A program made the position numbers and the translations under genes. 64,000 bases of DNA, taken from Myxococcota bacterium (GTDB taxonomy: Bacteria > Myxococcota_A > UBA796 > CAJQPC01). The notes beneath the pieces are model-generated. The model did no database searches. It had not been told where the DNA came from and saw only the letters and a list, made by a program, of their open reading frames with translations. Below, piece after piece: positions 1 through 14,605 of this stretch (position 1 is the stretch's first letter; each line of letters begins with the position of its first letter). The stretch is from assembly GCA_036012755.1 (NCBI GenBank), contig DASCPX010000071.1, forward strand, positions 80,215-144,214, written 5' to 3'.

Positions 1-2
1 AC

Positions 3-3896
<3,894 letters not shown>

Positions 3897-3926
3897 AAAC
3901 CACAGCTTAGCGTGACCCGGCAGGAC

Positions 3927-4817
3927 TCACTCGGAGCGCTGGAGCAACTCCGGCAGCTGGTCGATGAGCGCCAGGATGCGCAGGGTCCGCCTTATGGGCC
4001 GGGCCGGGGCGCCCAGCACCGTCTGGCCCGCGGGCACGTCGCGGATGGCCTTCGTCCCGGCCCCGAGTCGCGCCCCGTCGCCGACCTCGACGTGGTCCGA
4101 GAGCCCAACCTGGCCGCCCATCTGGACCCCGTCGCCGACGGTGCAAGAGCCCGACAGCCCGGTCTGGGCGGCGATGACCGTGCCTCGCCCGATGACGCCG
4201 TTGTGCCCGATCTGGACGAGGTTGTCGATCTTCGCGCCGGCCCTGATGCGGGTCTGGCCCAGCATGCCGCGATCGATCGTCGTGTTGGCGCCGATCTCGA
4301 CGTCGTCCTCGATCACGAGCGTGCCGACGTGCGGCACCTTTCGGGGGCCCTGCTCAGAGGGGAGGTAGCCGAAGCCGTCACCCCCGAGCACCGCCCCGGC
4401 GTGGACGCGGCAGCGGGCTCCGATGCGCACCCGCGGGTAGACCACGACGTTGGGGAAGAGCACCGTGCCCGCGCCGAGTCGGGCCCCAGCCATCACCACC
4501 ACCCCGGGGAACAGGGTCGCGCTCGGGTGCACCTCGGCGCTCGGGTGCACGTGGGCTCCGGGCCAGCTCTCGAGCAGCTCGGGGTAGAGGTGCTCGAGGA
4601 CATCGCAGAGCGCGAGCTTGGGGTCCTCGACGACGATGGTCGTGCGCCCCTCCACAGGGGCCTTGCAGAGCACGGCGCCGGCGTCGCCCGAGACCTTCTT
4701 CACCGAGAACGACAGGTCGGTGCTCGAGGCCGCCTCCAGCGAGGCGACGCCTGTGAGATCGACGACCGGGCCGTGGTGGGCACCACCGACGAGCTGGGCG
4801 ATCTCCAGAGAGGTCAC
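3927..4817 (-). CDS. lpxD: UDP-3-O-acylglucosamine N-acyltransferase
   Basis: Hexapeptide repeats, [35 protein letters not shown] 4817 overlaps the asnS stop (GTGA). Confidence 0.92.
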   Translation of the reverse strand: MTSLEIAQLVGGAHHGPVVDLTGVASLEAASSTDLSFSVKKVSGDAGAVLCKAPVEGRTTIVVEDPKLALCDVLEHLYPELLESWPGAHVHPSAEVHPSATLFPGVVVMAGARLGAGTVLFPNVVVYPRVRIGARCRVHAGAVLGGDGFGYLPSEQGPRKVPHVGTLVIEDDVEIGANTTIDRGMLGQTRIRAGAKIDNLVQIGHNGVIGRGTVIAAQTGLSGSCTVGDGVQMGGQVGLSDHVEVGDGARLGAGTKAIRDVPAGQTVLGAPARPIRRTLRILALIDQLPELLQRSE

Positions 4818-6100
4818 GGCGTGAGCCGGTCGATCATGCGCGGGAAGGGGATCGTCTCGCGGATGTGGCGGATGCCGCAGACCCAGCACACGAGCCGCTC
4901 CAGGCCCAGGCCGAAGCCGCCGTGGGGCACGCTGCCGTAGCGCCTCAGGTCCAGGTACCAGCCAAAGGCCTCCTCGGGCAGCCCGTGCTCGTGGATCTTG
5001 GCCAGGAGCACATCGCCGTCGTCCTCGCGGGCGCCGCCGCCGATGATCTCGCCGTAGCCCTCTGGCGCGAGCACGTCTACGCCCAGCGCTCGCAGGGGGT
5101 TGTCCGGGTCGCCCTTCATGTAGAAGGCCTTCACCGCCGCCGGGTAGCGGTGGACCATGATGGGGCGATCGAACTGCTCGGTGAGCTTCGTCTCGTGGGG
5201 GGAGCCGAAGTCGTCCTCGGCGTCGACGGGCTCGCCGAGCTCATCCAGCATCGCGCAGGCCTCGTCGTAGGACAGGCGCGGGAAGGGCTTCTGCACGTTC
5301 TCGAGGGCCGAGATGTCCCGCTCGAGGATCTCGAGGTACTCGCGGCCGGACTCGACGACGAAGCCGACGACCTCGACGAGGAAGTCCTCTGCCATCTCCA
5401 TCACGTCCTCGAGGTCGGCAAAGGCCACCTCCGGCTCGACCATCCAGAACTCGGTCAGGTGTCGGCGGGTAGAGGACTTCTCGGCTCGAAAGGTGGGGCC
5501 GAAGCAGTAGGTGCTGCCGAAGGCCAGGGCTCCGGCCTCCTGGTAGAGCTGACCGGACTGCGTGAGGTAGGCCGTCTCGCCGAAGTACTCGGTGGAGAAC
5601 AGCGTGCTGGTGCCCTCGCAGGCGTTCGGCGTGAAGATCGGCGAGTCCATCAGCGTGAAGTCGCGTGAGTCGAAGTAGTCGCGGATGGCCTTCACGCAGA
5701 GGTGGCGGATCTTCATGATCGCGAACTGCCGCTGGCTGCGGAACCACAGGTGGCGGTTGTCGTGGAGGAAGCTCGGGCCGTGCTCCTTCGGCGTGATCGG
5801 GTAGCCCTCCGAGCCACCGAGCACGCGCCCGTCGGAGACCTGCAGCTCGAAGCCGAGCTTGGAGCGGGTGTCGGCCTTGATCTCGCCGACGAGCTCCACA
5901 GAGGACTCCTGACCGGCGCGCTTGAGGGCCTCGAAGAGCTCCTCTGCGACGTTCTGCTTGCGCACCACCGCCTGGATGATGCCGCTGCCGTCGCGAAGCT
6001 GGATGAAGAGCAGCTTGCCGCGCCGGGTGCTGTTGTAGATCCATCCCCGCAGGGAGACGGTCTGACCTTCGTGGGAGCCGATCTCGGCGATCCGGGGCAT
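4814..6100 (-). CDS. asnS: Asparagine--tRNA ligase
   Basis: OB-fold ([13 protein letters not shown]), [46 protein letters not shown] 6100 with GGAGG RBS. Confidence 0.93.
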   Translation of the reverse strand: MPRIAEIGSHEGQTVSLRGWIYNSTRRGKLLFIQLRDGSGIIQAVVRKQNVAEELFEALKRAGQESSVELVGEIKADTRSKLGFELQVSDGRVLGGSEGYPITPKEHGPSFLHDNRHLWFRSQRQFAIMKIRHLCVKAIRDYFDSRDFTLMDSPIFTPNACEGTSTLFSTEYFGETAYLTQSGQLYQEAGALAFGSTYCFGPTFRAEKSSTRRHLTEFWMVEPEVAFADLEDVMEMAEDFLVEVVGFVVESGREYLEILERDISALENVQKPFPRLSYDEACAMLDELGEPVDAEDDFGSPHETKLTEQFDRPIMVHRYPAAVKAFYMKGDPDNPLRALGVDVLAPEGYGEIIGGGAREDDGDVLLAKIHEHGLPEEAFGWYLDLRRYGSVPHGGFGLGLERLVCWVCGIRHIRETIPFPRMIDRLTP

Positions 6101-6182
6101 GGATTCCTCCGGGGCCCGGTCTAACCACCGTGCCCAACTGCGGCTCCCTCGGGTAGAGTGAGCCTGCACCGAGGGAGCCGGC

Positions 6183-6359
6183 ATGCGCCGCGGCCAGGCC
6201 ACCGTCGAGACCCTTCTACTCATCAGCGTCCTCTGCATCGCCGTGGGCGCGGTGCTGATCGTCTTCTCCGACACGGTGCAGATCAACACGCGCTCGCTGT
6301 CGTCGTTCCTCGCCGAGGAGCTCACGGGCAACGGCGTCGGGGGCGACGAGGTCAACTAG
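6183..6359 (+). CDS. Flp/Tad-type pilin-like peptide with class III signal (58 aa, not in ORF track)
   Basis: Translates [62 protein letters not shown] upstream. Confidence 0.7.
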   Translation: MRRGQATVETLLLISVLCIAVGAVLIVFSDTVQINTRSLSSFLAEELTGNGVGGDEVN

Positions 6360-6441
6360 TGCCTGACGAGCTCATGAGCCCTCTCGGGCTGATCTGCTTC
6401 GGTCTTCGAGCCAGGGAATCGGATCACGCGCGAGAGGTGGA

Positions 6442-7818
6442 TTAGTCGAGGCCCTTCGTGATGTGGAACTCGACGCGGCGGTTGTTCGCCTTGCCAGCGG
6501 CGGTGCGATTCGTGTCGATCGGGCGGGTCTCCCCGTAGCCGACGGTCTCCAGGCGCGGGGCCTCGACGCCATTGGCGATGAGGTACTCGAAGACCGAGTC
6601 CGCGCGCTCCTTGCTGAGGCTCAGGTTGCTGGCGTCGGAGCCGTCGCTGTCGGTGTGCCCCTCGATGCGCACGGCGAGCTGTGGGTAGTCGGTCATCACC
6701 TGGATCACCGAGTCGAGGATCTTGTAGCTCTCCGGCTTGATGACCGCCCTGCCCGTCTCGAACTGGATCTTCTCCTCGATGACGATCTGGCGGTTGGCGA
6801 TCTTGACGAGCTGGGGTTTGGTGTCCGGGCAGCCGTCCTGGTCCATGTACTCGTTGAAGGTCTCGGCCTGGGTCGGGCAGCGATCCGCCGGATCGGCGAC
6901 GCCGTCACCGTCGCTGTCGGGGCAACCGGTGGGCGGCGGGCCCTTGATCTGCGGACACTGGTCCTGCATGTCGAAGACGTTGTCGCCGTCCGCGTCCGGG
7001 CAGCCGCTGGGAGCCGGCCCCGCCATGCCCGGACACTGGTCCGACTCGTCGGGGATGCTGTCCTTGTCGAAGTCCATCAGCGGGCATCCGTCCGGCGGCA
7101 CTCCAGCCTGACCCGGGCAGGCGTCCATGTCGTCCGGGAAGCCATCCCCGTCCGCGTCCCCCGGAGGGCAGCCGTCCAGCTTGCCAGGCGTGTCGGGACA
7201 GTCGTCCATCACGTCGGTGTAGCCATCGCCGTCGTTGTCGGTGTCGGGGCAGCCGTCGCCATCCTCGAAGCCATCCCGGTCCTCGGCCTGCATCGGACAG
7301 CCATCGAGGGTGTCGGCCACACCGTCGCGGTCGTTGTCCAGGTCCGGACAGCCGTCGCCGTCCTTGAAGCCGTCGAGGTCCTCTGGCTGGTTCACGCACT
7401 CGTCGCGGTCGTCGAAGACCCCGTCACCGTCGGTGTCGTAGACGATGTCGGGGCAACCGTCCTCGTCCTTGTCGCCGTCGAAGTCCTCTGGCTCGTCCGG
7501 GCAGAGATCGAGCTCATCGACGATGCCGTCCTCATCCCGATCCTGCGGGATGCAGCTCGGCGCGGTCTCCAGCGCCACGCGGCCGTGCTCCATCGCCAGA
7601 TCGAGGTGCTCGCGCGCGCGGCGGGGATCGCCCTGCTCGAACTCGAGGCGCGTGAACTCGAGGTTGGCCTCGAACATCGCGAAGTCCTCTGGGGTGCACT
7701 CGCGGGCGTTGAGGTTGTTCGCGGCCGAGTACACGCGCTCGGCCTCTGCGAAGTCTCGCTGGAGCGTGTCGACGTTGACACACGCGAGCTGGCTCACCAG
7801 CGTCAGGACGAGGATCAC
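6442..7818 (-). CDS. OmpA-family lipoprotein with thrombospondin type 3 (Ca-binding) repeats
   Basis: DxDxDGxxDxxDxCP repeats; C-terminal IEGHTD...NLSLSKERA...GYGETRP...NRRVEF. Confidence 0.92.
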   Translation of the reverse strand: MILVLTLVSQLACVNVDTLQRDFAEAERVYSAANNLNARECTPEDFAMFEANLEFTRLEFEQGDPRRAREHLDLAMEHGRVALETAPSCIPQDRDEDGIVDELDLCPDEPEDFDGDKDEDGCPDIVYDTDGDGVFDDRDECVNQPEDLDGFKDGDGCPDLDNDRDGVADTLDGCPMQAEDRDGFEDGDGCPDTDNDGDGYTDVMDDCPDTPGKLDGCPPGDADGDGFPDDMDACPGQAGVPPDGCPLMDFDKDSIPDESDQCPGMAGPAPSGCPDADGDNVFDMQDQCPQIKGPPPTGCPDSDGDGVADPADRCPTQAETFNEYMDQDGCPDTKPQLVKIANRQIVIEEKIQFETGRAVIKPESYKILDSVIQVMTDYPQLAVRIEGHTDSDGSDASNLSLSKERADSVFEYLIANGVEAPRLETVGYGETRPIDTNRTAAGKANNRRVEFHITKGLD

Positions 7819-7819
7819 G

Positions 7820-8212
7820 TCAGAGCTCGTCCAAGTCGATGTCGTCGAGCTCGATCCACTCTTCCTCTTCCTCCTCGAGGTACATCTCGGGGATCACGTC
7901 GACGTCCTCGTCGAGGTTCTCCAGCACCTCGTGGCGTTGCTCCGCGTCCTCGTCGTGGGAGCCGTAGAGCGCCATCTCCTCGGCTTGCTGCGCGTAGAGT
8001 CGCGCCTGGAGCGCCAGGTCCTGGGCAGCGCCGTAGTCGGACCCACCCCATTCCTCGTGCGCCTTGAGGCGGTACTGCTGGGCGATGGTGTACTCGTAGG
8101 GAGCGCGTGCCTCTGCGCTGGCGGCCTCCGCATCGACCCAGGACTCCTCGAGCTGGGCGAGGTGGACGGTCGCCTTGATGGCGGCACAACCGAGACAGAG
8201 CAGCAGGATCAT
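7820..8212 (-). CDS. DUF4398-like lipoprotein with acidic tail
   Basis: MILLLCLGC; A-rich helix AEARAPYEYTIAQQYRLKAHEE; directly upstream of the OmpA gene. Confidence 0.7.
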   Translation of the reverse strand: MILLLCLGCAAIKATVHLAQLEESWVDAEAASAEARAPYEYTIAQQYRLKAHEEWGGSDYGAAQDLALQARLYAQQAEEMALYGSHDEDAEQRHEVLENLDEDVDVIPEMYLEEEEEEWIELDDIDLDEL

Positions 8213-8237
8213 CAGCCGGCCGAGCCTAACACCCCCG

Positions 8238-10490
8238 TCACTCGGCCCCCGGGTGTGAGGCCCCGCCAGGCATCTCCTTGTGTTCGTGCTGGCCGTGTTG
8301 GGGCTGGTCGTGTTGCTCCTGGTCGTGCTGCTGCTCGCGGTGTTCGTACTCGACGTGCTCGCCGCCCTCACCCAAGCCGGTCCGTTCACTCGGGAGCATC
8401 TCTTCCGCGGTGGGGCCGTCCCACGCCTCGTGGATGAACTCCAGGTCGAAGACCGCCATGAAGAAGCGGTCCGGCATCTGCCGGTCGGGCATCTCCACCT
8501 CGTAGCTCGACCACGGCACGCGCACTGGCCGCCCTCCCCCGGCCTTGTCGTAGGGGTTGCCGGGGTAGTCGAGGAACTGCAGCTCGATGACCTCCACAGG
8601 AAGGACCCCCAGGGCGAGAGACATCCGTCGCAGCGCGTCGTTGTAGAGCAGAGCTCCCCGCTGGGCGTTCACCAGGTAGAAGCCGCGCTCGTGGAGCACG
8701 AGGTGGCGGTAGTTGCCGGCGACGACCAGGCGGCCGAAGTCCCCGAGATCGATGGCCTCGATCGGAGCCTCCTCGGGGTCACGGGACAGCTCCATCAGCA
8801 GCTGCTCGGTGCTCTCCGTCTCGACGTCGCGGCGCGCGAGGTAGCGGAGCTGTCGTCCGGGGGCCCCACCGCCCTCGTCGCGCATGACCGGCGGAACGGC
8901 GGGACGAGACGCCCAGGACCGGAAGACCTTGCGTCCGTGGATCAGCTGGTAGTAGTTCAGTAGATCCTGTTGTTGCTCCAGCGGGAGCTCGATGATGCCC
9001 GCCAGCTCCCCGGAGGGCAGCTCCCGGTAGAAGTCCGGGACCTGGATCGCCGACACCGGGATGGCAGGGAGGAAGCGGGTCGGCGCCATGTCGGTCTCTG
9101 CGATCTCGGCGACGTGCCAGCGGAAGTTGGCTTGGAAGAGGGTCGCCGCGATCGCGAAGACCGCGATGAACCCCCGAACTCTCGGGTTCGAGATGCGCGA
9201 GAGCCCCATGGCTACCAGCGCCACAGAGGCGACGACCACCATCGAGCCCATCCGGTAGGGCGCGAACATGCGGCTCATGCCGGGCACCCACTTGAACATG
9301 AGCGTGTACGGCATGCGCATCACGTAGAAGCCCTCCCCGAGGGAGATCAGGGAGACCTCGCCCCAGCCCTCGCCCCAGCCCGCCCACTTCATGAATGGGC
9401 CCAGGGTGCCGAGCCAGAAGACCGTGAAGACCAGGAGCCAGAAACGGCTCCGCGGGAAGATGCCCGGCTTGAGCAACAGCGCCGGGATCACGCCCCCCAG
9501 GAACACGACCATTGGCAGCCCGCGCTTGTGGCCGGGGTTGAAGAGGTAGTCCACCGACCACGACGACGACAGCGTGCGGTTGAGCGAGGCGAGGACGTTG
9601 TCCTCGTAGGTGTCCGGTCGCAGCGGCACATCGCGGATGACGTCGTACTCGGGGAAGGTCAGGAAGAAGGACAGCTCTGGCAGGCGCTGCTGTCCGCCGG
9701 CGCTGCCCCCCGAGGGCTCACCGATGACGTAGGGGGCTACGAAGAAGCCCCCGACGATGACCACGGCGATGAGCATCGGCCCGGCCCAGCGCAGCAGGCG
9801 CCGCAGGTTCAAGCGACGGCGCTCTCGCCAGAGCATGTCGAGGCTCCAGAGGACGAGGAACATGCCCGCGAAGAGCCCATAGAACCAGTAGAACGCACCG
9901 ACCAAACCCAAGAGGACGCCCGCGGCGAGTCCGGCCAGGGGCCGCTCGCGGCGCTCGGCCCGCTGCAGGAGCAGAGGGAACAACAGGAGGAACCAGAGGA
10001 TGACCTGGCGAAGACCGGAGCCGTAGAGATCGTGCAGGTTCAGCGGGTTCACGACCGCCACGAGCCCCGCCGCCAGGGCGACCAGCCGGTAGCGGGTGAA
10101 GCTCCGGGCGAAGAGGTACCCGAAGACGCCGTCACCGACGAGGATGATGAAGACCTTGATGTTGTAGTGGGCGGGGATCGGGAAGAGCTTGGACAGGGGC
10201 CAGCTGATCCACAGGACGTCCAGGATGTTCCCCGTCTCGGGGTGCCGGCCGAGGGAGAGGTAGGTGTAGACCGTGTCCCGAAGCCCGAAGTCACCCTCGA
10301 CGAGGGCGTCGACCTCTGTGAAGTGCCACCAGTAGCGCCAGAGCCAGCCGCCGAGCTCGCCGCCGCCGATGATGATCTCGTCTGGATGGAAGATCGCCGG
10401 CCACGTCATCATGCCAGCGGCGGCCAGGTACACCAGCGCCACGAGCGCGAGCTCGCCCGCGGTGAGCGCTACCTTCTTGGGATCGATCAC
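8238..10490 (-). CDS. Polytopic membrane protein, GT-C/YfhO-like glycosyltransferase candidate
   Basis: Many TM segments, TLGPF, P-R motif, IIELP, periplasmic C-domain; GTG 10490 overlaps the upstream stop. Confidence 0.6.
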   Translation of the reverse strand: MIDPKKVALTAGELALVALVYLAAAGMMTWPAIFHPDEIIIGGGELGGWLWRYWWHFTEVDALVEGDFGLRDTVYTYLSLGRHPETGNILDVLWISWPLSKLFPIPAHYNIKVFIILVGDGVFGYLFARSFTRYRLVALAAGLVAVVNPLNLHDLYGSGLRQVILWFLLLFPLLLQRAERRERPLAGLAAGVLLGLVGAFYWFYGLFAGMFLVLWSLDMLWRERRRLNLRRLLRWAGPMLIAVVIVGGFFVAPYVIGEPSGGSAGGQQRLPELSFFLTFPEYDVIRDVPLRPDTYEDNVLASLNRTLSSSWSVDYLFNPGHKRGLPMVVFLGGVIPALLLKPGIFPRSRFWLLVFTVFWLGTLGPFMKWAGWGEGWGEVSLISLGEGFYVMRMPYTLMFKWVPGMSRMFAPYRMGSMVVVASVALVAMGLSRISNPRVRGFIAVFAIAATLFQANFRWHVAEIAETDMAPTRFLPAIPVSAIQVPDFYRELPSGELAGIIELPLEQQQDLLNYYQLIHGRKVFRSWASRPAVPPVMRDEGGGAPGRQLRYLARRDVETESTEQLLMELSRDPEEAPIEAIDLGDFGRLVVAGNYRHLVLHERGFYLVNAQRGALLYNDALRRMSLALGVLPVEVIELQFLDYPGNPYDKAGGGRPVRVPWSSYEVEMPDRQMPDRFFMAVFDLEFIHEAWDGPTAEEMLPSERTGLGEGGEHVEYEHREQQHDQEQHDQPQHGQHEHKEMPGGASHPGAE

Positions 10491-12205
10491 AGGCGGTACA
10501 CCGCGACGTCCTCTTGCCGGCTCGGAGCACCGAAGAGGCCATCGAGGATGGCGCGAACGTGCCGGCGCTTGTGCTTGGGGTAGAGGCGCTCGTGGACGAC
10601 GATGTAGCGGTAGCCCTGGGCCTCCAGCATGTGGGCCCCGGCGACCATCTCGAGCTCCGGCAGGAGCCTCGGCAGCGAGCCCGCGCGCGAGGCCTCGACC
10701 TGCACGAGGATCTGGGTGAGCGGGTTCTCGTCGATGGCCTGCGGGATGGGGTCGTTCAGCCCATAGGGCGAGGGCAGGCCGTGGGCGGTCTGGTACCAGG
10801 TGTAGACCGCGCGCTCGAGGTTCGGCACCGTGATCGGGAGGTCGAGCACGGCGCCATCGCGGAGCTCGGCGTAGACGTCGGGGATCTGGGCGTCGCAGCG
10901 GGGTAGCGGCCACGGGGCGGGGCTCGCCAGCAGGATCTCACCGAGGACCAGCGCACCGGCCAGGCCAGCGGTGGCGGGCCGCGCCACGGGCAGCCGGCGC
11001 ATCAAGGCGCGGGTCCCGTAGCCTGCGAGCATCGCGAGCCCGATGGTCGCCGGCACGACGAAGCGGAAGGGGTGGGAGATGCGCTCGAACAGCGGGAAGG
11101 CCCGGAAGAAGATCAGGAAGGGCAGCGGGATGCGCTCGCCCCGCCAGACCACGTATTCCCCTCCGACGTTGAGGTAGGGCCCCAGCGCGAAGACAGCGAA
11201 GAGGACCGTGAACGCCACCCACAGGGACAGGTCCCGCCGCGGTCGGTGGCGCCAGAGGGCGTAGGCCGCGAGCGCAATCGCCACCCAGCCCAGGTAGATC
11301 ACGATGAGGAGGTCCTCGCCGTAGAGGGCCTTGAGGTCGGGGGAATAGTGCTGCCCGGGACGGAAGAAGCTGACGAAGTCCGAGATGTTGTGGTTGATCA
11401 GCGACTCCCACACGAAGGTGGGGTCGCGACTGACCATGGCGTCCTCTGCGTCGATCGAGCTCTGCAGGGTCTGCAGCACCGGGAGCACGAGCACGGAGTA
11501 GAGGATCGCACCGGCCACCGTGAAGGCCACGAAGCGCCACCAGATCACACGCTTGGGCTCGGAGATCGCGCGGTGCAGCACGACGACGACCATGCAGAGC
11601 AGCGCGAAGAGCCCGTAGTAGAAGTTCGAGATCGAGCAGACGGCGAGACAGACCCCGAGCAGGGCACCGCGCTTCCACCCGGGACGGTCCATCAGGCGCA
11701 ACAGGGCGTAGATGGCCAGCGGGATCCAGCCCGCGTTCACCGTCTCGGTGATGCCGTTGTAGGTCTGGCCGAGGAGGTGGGCGGAGGACGCGAAGACGAC
11801 CGCCGGGACCCAGGCCGCCCAGCGATCACGCAGGAGATACCTGGCCAGTATCCAGGTGCCGAAGGCGTTCCAGAAGAAGCCGAACAACACGACCAGGTTG
11901 TAGGCGAGCGGCACGCCTCCGAGCAGCGCAAAGGGCAGGGACCACAGGGCGTTGAAGGTGTCGATGAAGAAGAGACTGCCCCCGTCGGGGTAGTTCAGGA
12001 GCCTCGTGTGGACCGGGAGGCTCCCCTCCTGCACGATGCTGTCGAGGATCCACCAGTAGCCCCAGGCGTGGTTCCAGGTGTCGTTCCCCGGGTGGCCGAC
12101 CATCGAACCCCCGAGGTCGAGCACCACGGGCCATGTCAGGAGCACCGCGAGGCCGAAGGCGACGCCCAGTGCGATCAAGATCTCGCGGCGTTGTCCGGCG
12201 GTCAT
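10487..12205 (-). CDS. Polytopic membrane protein, GT-C/YfhO-like glycosyltransferase candidate
   Basis: LTWP...D-WNH-W-YWW...LLNYPDG, ALGPYL, HPFRF, AVLDLP, YQTAHG. Confidence 0.65.
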   Translation of the reverse strand: MTAGQRREILIALGVAFGLAVLLTWPVVLDLGGSMVGHPGNDTWNHAWGYWWILDSIVQEGSLPVHTRLLNYPDGGSLFFIDTFNALWSLPFALLGGVPLAYNLVVLFGFFWNAFGTWILARYLLRDRWAAWVPAVVFASSAHLLGQTYNGITETVNAGWIPLAIYALLRLMDRPGWKRGALLGVCLAVCSISNFYYGLFALLCMVVVVLHRAISEPKRVIWWRFVAFTVAGAILYSVLVLPVLQTLQSSIDAEDAMVSRDPTFVWESLINHNISDFVSFFRPGQHYSPDLKALYGEDLLIVIYLGWVAIALAAYALWRHRPRRDLSLWVAFTVLFAVFALGPYLNVGGEYVVWRGERIPLPFLIFFRAFPLFERISHPFRFVVPATIGLAMLAGYGTRALMRRLPVARPATAGLAGALVLGEILLASPAPWPLPRCDAQIPDVYAELRDGAVLDLPITVPNLERAVYTWYQTAHGLPSPYGLNDPIPQAIDENPLTQILVQVEASRAGSLPRLLPELEMVAGAHMLEAQGYRYIVVHERLYPKHKRRHVRAILDGLFGAPSRQEDVAVYRL

Positions 12206-12265
12206 CGAAGCGGGAGTCTACTCCGAGACGCCGCGTGGACCGACCGTGGCGCGGTATGAGGACCC

Positions 12266-13150
12266 ATGGGTGCCTCGGTCACCGGCCTCGTCTTCGACGT
12301 CCAGCGCTTCAGCGTGCACGACGGACCAGGGATTCGAACCACCGTGTTCTTCAAGGGCTGCCCTCTGCGCTGCGCGTGGTGCCAGAACCCCGAGTCACTG
12401 CGCCCGAGGCCGGAGATCGCTGTCGACGAGCGGCTCTGTCGAGGGGCTGTGGAGTGCGCCTCGAGCTGTCCCTCGCAGGCACTCGAAGGGGGAGGACGCG
12501 ACCTCGACCGCTCCCGCTGCGACGGCTGCGGGGACTGCGTGAGGGCATGCCCCCACGGCGCCCTCCGCCTCATGGGCAGAGTTGTCACTGTCGCAGAGCT
12601 GCTCGAGGAGGTCGCGCGGGACCGACCCTTCTACGAGAGCTCCGGCGGCGGGATCACCCTCTCCGGGGGGGAACCCACGGCGCAACCGGAGTTCGTCTCG
12701 GCCTTCGTCGAGGCCTGCCACGGCTCGGGGCTCGAGGTCGGGCTGCAGACCTGCGGCGCCTTCAGCTGGGATGCCTTGGCCCCCACCCTGGACCGCTTCG
12801 CCTTCATCCACTTCGACCTGAAGGTGATCGACGACGGGGCGCACCGGCGCCTGACCAGCGCCAGCAACCGCGTGATCCTGGACAACGCCAGGCGACTGGC
12901 CGCGGCGGAGGTGTCCCTGCACTTCCGCAGCCCGATGGTCCCCGGGCTCACCGACACCCCCGAGAACCTGGACGCGCTGGCGGGCTTCCTCGCCGAGGTC
13001 GGCGCGAGGCACATCCACCTCCTCGCTTACCATGACATGGGCGAAACTAAGCTCCCCCGCCTGGCTTTCCCGATCCCCCCCTGTCCCCTCGTCCCCCGGC
13101 GAACCTCCAGCAGGCGGCGGCTCGGCTGCGCGGGCGGGGAATCGAGGTGA
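12266..13150 (+). CDS. Glycyl-radical enzyme activating protein (radical SAM); C-terminus possibly degraded
   Basis: HDGPGIRTTVFFKGCPLRCAWCQNPE, ferredoxin insert CDGCGDCVRACP, SGGGITLSGGEP. Confidence 0.9.
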   Translation: MGASVTGLVFDVQRFSVHDGPGIRTTVFFKGCPLRCAWCQNPESLRPRPEIAVDERLCRGAVECASSCPSQALEGGGRDLDRSRCDGCGDCVRACPHGALRLMGRVVTVAELLEEVARDRPFYESSGGGITLSGGEPTAQPEFVSAFVEACHGSGLEVGLQTCGAFSWDALAPTLDRFAFIHFDLKVIDDGAHRRLTSASNRVILDNARRLAAAEVSLHFRSPMVPGLTDTPENLDALAGFLAEVGARHIHLLAYHDMGETKLPRLAFPIPPCPLVPRRTSSRRRLGCAGGESR

Positions 13151-13154
13151 GCAC

Positions 13155-13502
13155 ATGAGGGCAGAGGACCTGTCTCCCACCGAGCGCGTCCTCGCTCTGC
13201 ACCGGCAGGTCCTGGAGACCTCCCACGCCCTCTGCGCCGAGCGGGCACTGCTGGTCACGCGCTACCACCGCCAGCGAGACAACCGACGCCAGCCGGCCGT
13301 GCTCCGGAGCGCAGGCGCGCTGGCCTATGTGCTGCGGGGAAAGGCAGTCCGCATCTACCCGCAGGAGCTCCTGGTCGGCAACTTCACCTCCCACCGGGTC
13401 GGCGGAGGCCTCTTCTCCGAGCTGCACGGGGTCGCGGTGCTCGAGGACCGACAGCGGCGCTGCTGTCGGCGGCGAGCCCTGAGACGATGTCCGTCTTCCT
13501 GA
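13155..13502 (+). pseudogene. N-terminal fragment of a PFL-like glycyl-radical enzyme
   Basis: CAERALLVT...ALAYVL...[12 protein letters not shown]...FSE matches the start of the PFL2/GRE family; only about 100 aa, with no catalytic Cys or Gly loop. Confidence 0.75.
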
Positions 13503-14605
13503 CCGGCGCCACCGGCTACCTCGGCTCCTACCTGGCCACCGGACTGCTCCGGCGGCATCCAGAGCTCCGCCTGGAGCTGCTCGTCCGCGCGCAGGACCAG
13601 GGCGCCGGGAGGCAGCGCCTCTGGAAGGCCTGGCAGCTGCACATGCCCTTCGAGGAGTTCCGCGACGGCCTCGACAGGGTGAGCATCCGCCTCGGTGATC
13701 TGACGAAGAGCGGGTTCGGGCTGGAGCCCGCCGGGCTGGAGTCCCTCGTCCACTCGATGGACTCGGTCATCCACTGCGCGGCCTCCCTCAATCGCAAGTC
13801 TGCGAAGGCCTGCTTCAACGTGAACCTGCGGGGCACGCTGGAGGTGATCAAGGCGGCGCGGGCCGCCCACGACCACCACGGATTGAGGCGTTTCAGCGAT
13901 GTCTCGACGGTCGCGGTGGCCGGCAAGCGCAAGAGCGAGGGCGTCACGGAAGCCGACACCATCCAGTGGGACAGGAGCGACTACGACCCCTACGCGCGCA
14001 CCAAGAAGTTCTGCGAGCACATGCTGCACGAGCTCCTGCCCGACGTGAGCTCCACCGTCTTTCGGCCGGCGACGGTGCTGGGAGACAGTCGCTTTCCGGA
14101 GACCACCCAGTTCGACATGGTGAAGGCCTTCGTGTGGCTCGCCCGCTCGCCGGTGCTCCCCTTCGATCCGAGCTGGCGCATGGACATCGTCCCGGCGGAC
14201 TACGTCGCCAAGGCGATCACGACGATCCACATGATGGAGCGCCCAGGCCACGACGCCTACAACCTCTCTTCGGGGACGTCGTCCCCGACCTTCCAGCAGA
14301 TCACCGACGCCTTGAAGGCCGCCGGCATGGGCCGCGGGCCCCGCTTCGCGCGAGGGCTCGAAGGTCCGGCGTCGCTGGCCATCCGTGGGGTGTCCCACAC
14401 ACCGCGCCACTGGGGGGCTGCGCGGGCGGCCTCTCTGCTGAAGGTGTTCCTGCCCTACCTGACCTTCGACACGGTGTTCGACAACCAGCGCATCGTGACA
14501 GAGCTGGGCGAGGCCCCGGCGCGCTTCGAGAGCTACGCTCACGGGCTGATGCGCTTCGCCATGGACACCGACTTCACCTACCCCTACCGGCCATGGCCAG
14601 CGTGA
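13487..14605 (+). CDS. Extended SDR, thioester-reductase/male-sterility NAD-binding family
   Basis: [37 protein letters not shown]. Confidence 0.85.
   Translation: MSVFLTGATGYLGSYLATGLLRRHPELRLELLVRAQDQGAGRQRLWKAWQLHMPFEEFRDGLDRVSIRLGDLTKSGFGLEPAGLESLVHSMDSVIHCAASLNRKSAKACFNVNLRGTLEVIKAARAAHDHHGLRRFSDVSTVAVAGKRKSEGVTEADTIQWDRSDYDPYARTKKFCEHMLHELLPDVSSTVFRPATVLGDSRFPETTQFDMVKAFVWLARSPVLPFDPSWRMDIVPADYVAKAITTIHMMERPGHDAYNLSSGTSSPTFQQITDALKAAGMGRGPRFARGLEGPASLAIRGVSHTPRHWGAARAASLLKVFLPYLTFDTVFDNQRIVTELGEAPARFESYAHGLMRFAMDTDFTYPYRPWPA

Noticed and set aside
6800..7540. Repetitive DNA inside the OmpA gene
   Set aside because: Ordinary TSP3 Ca-binding protein repeats
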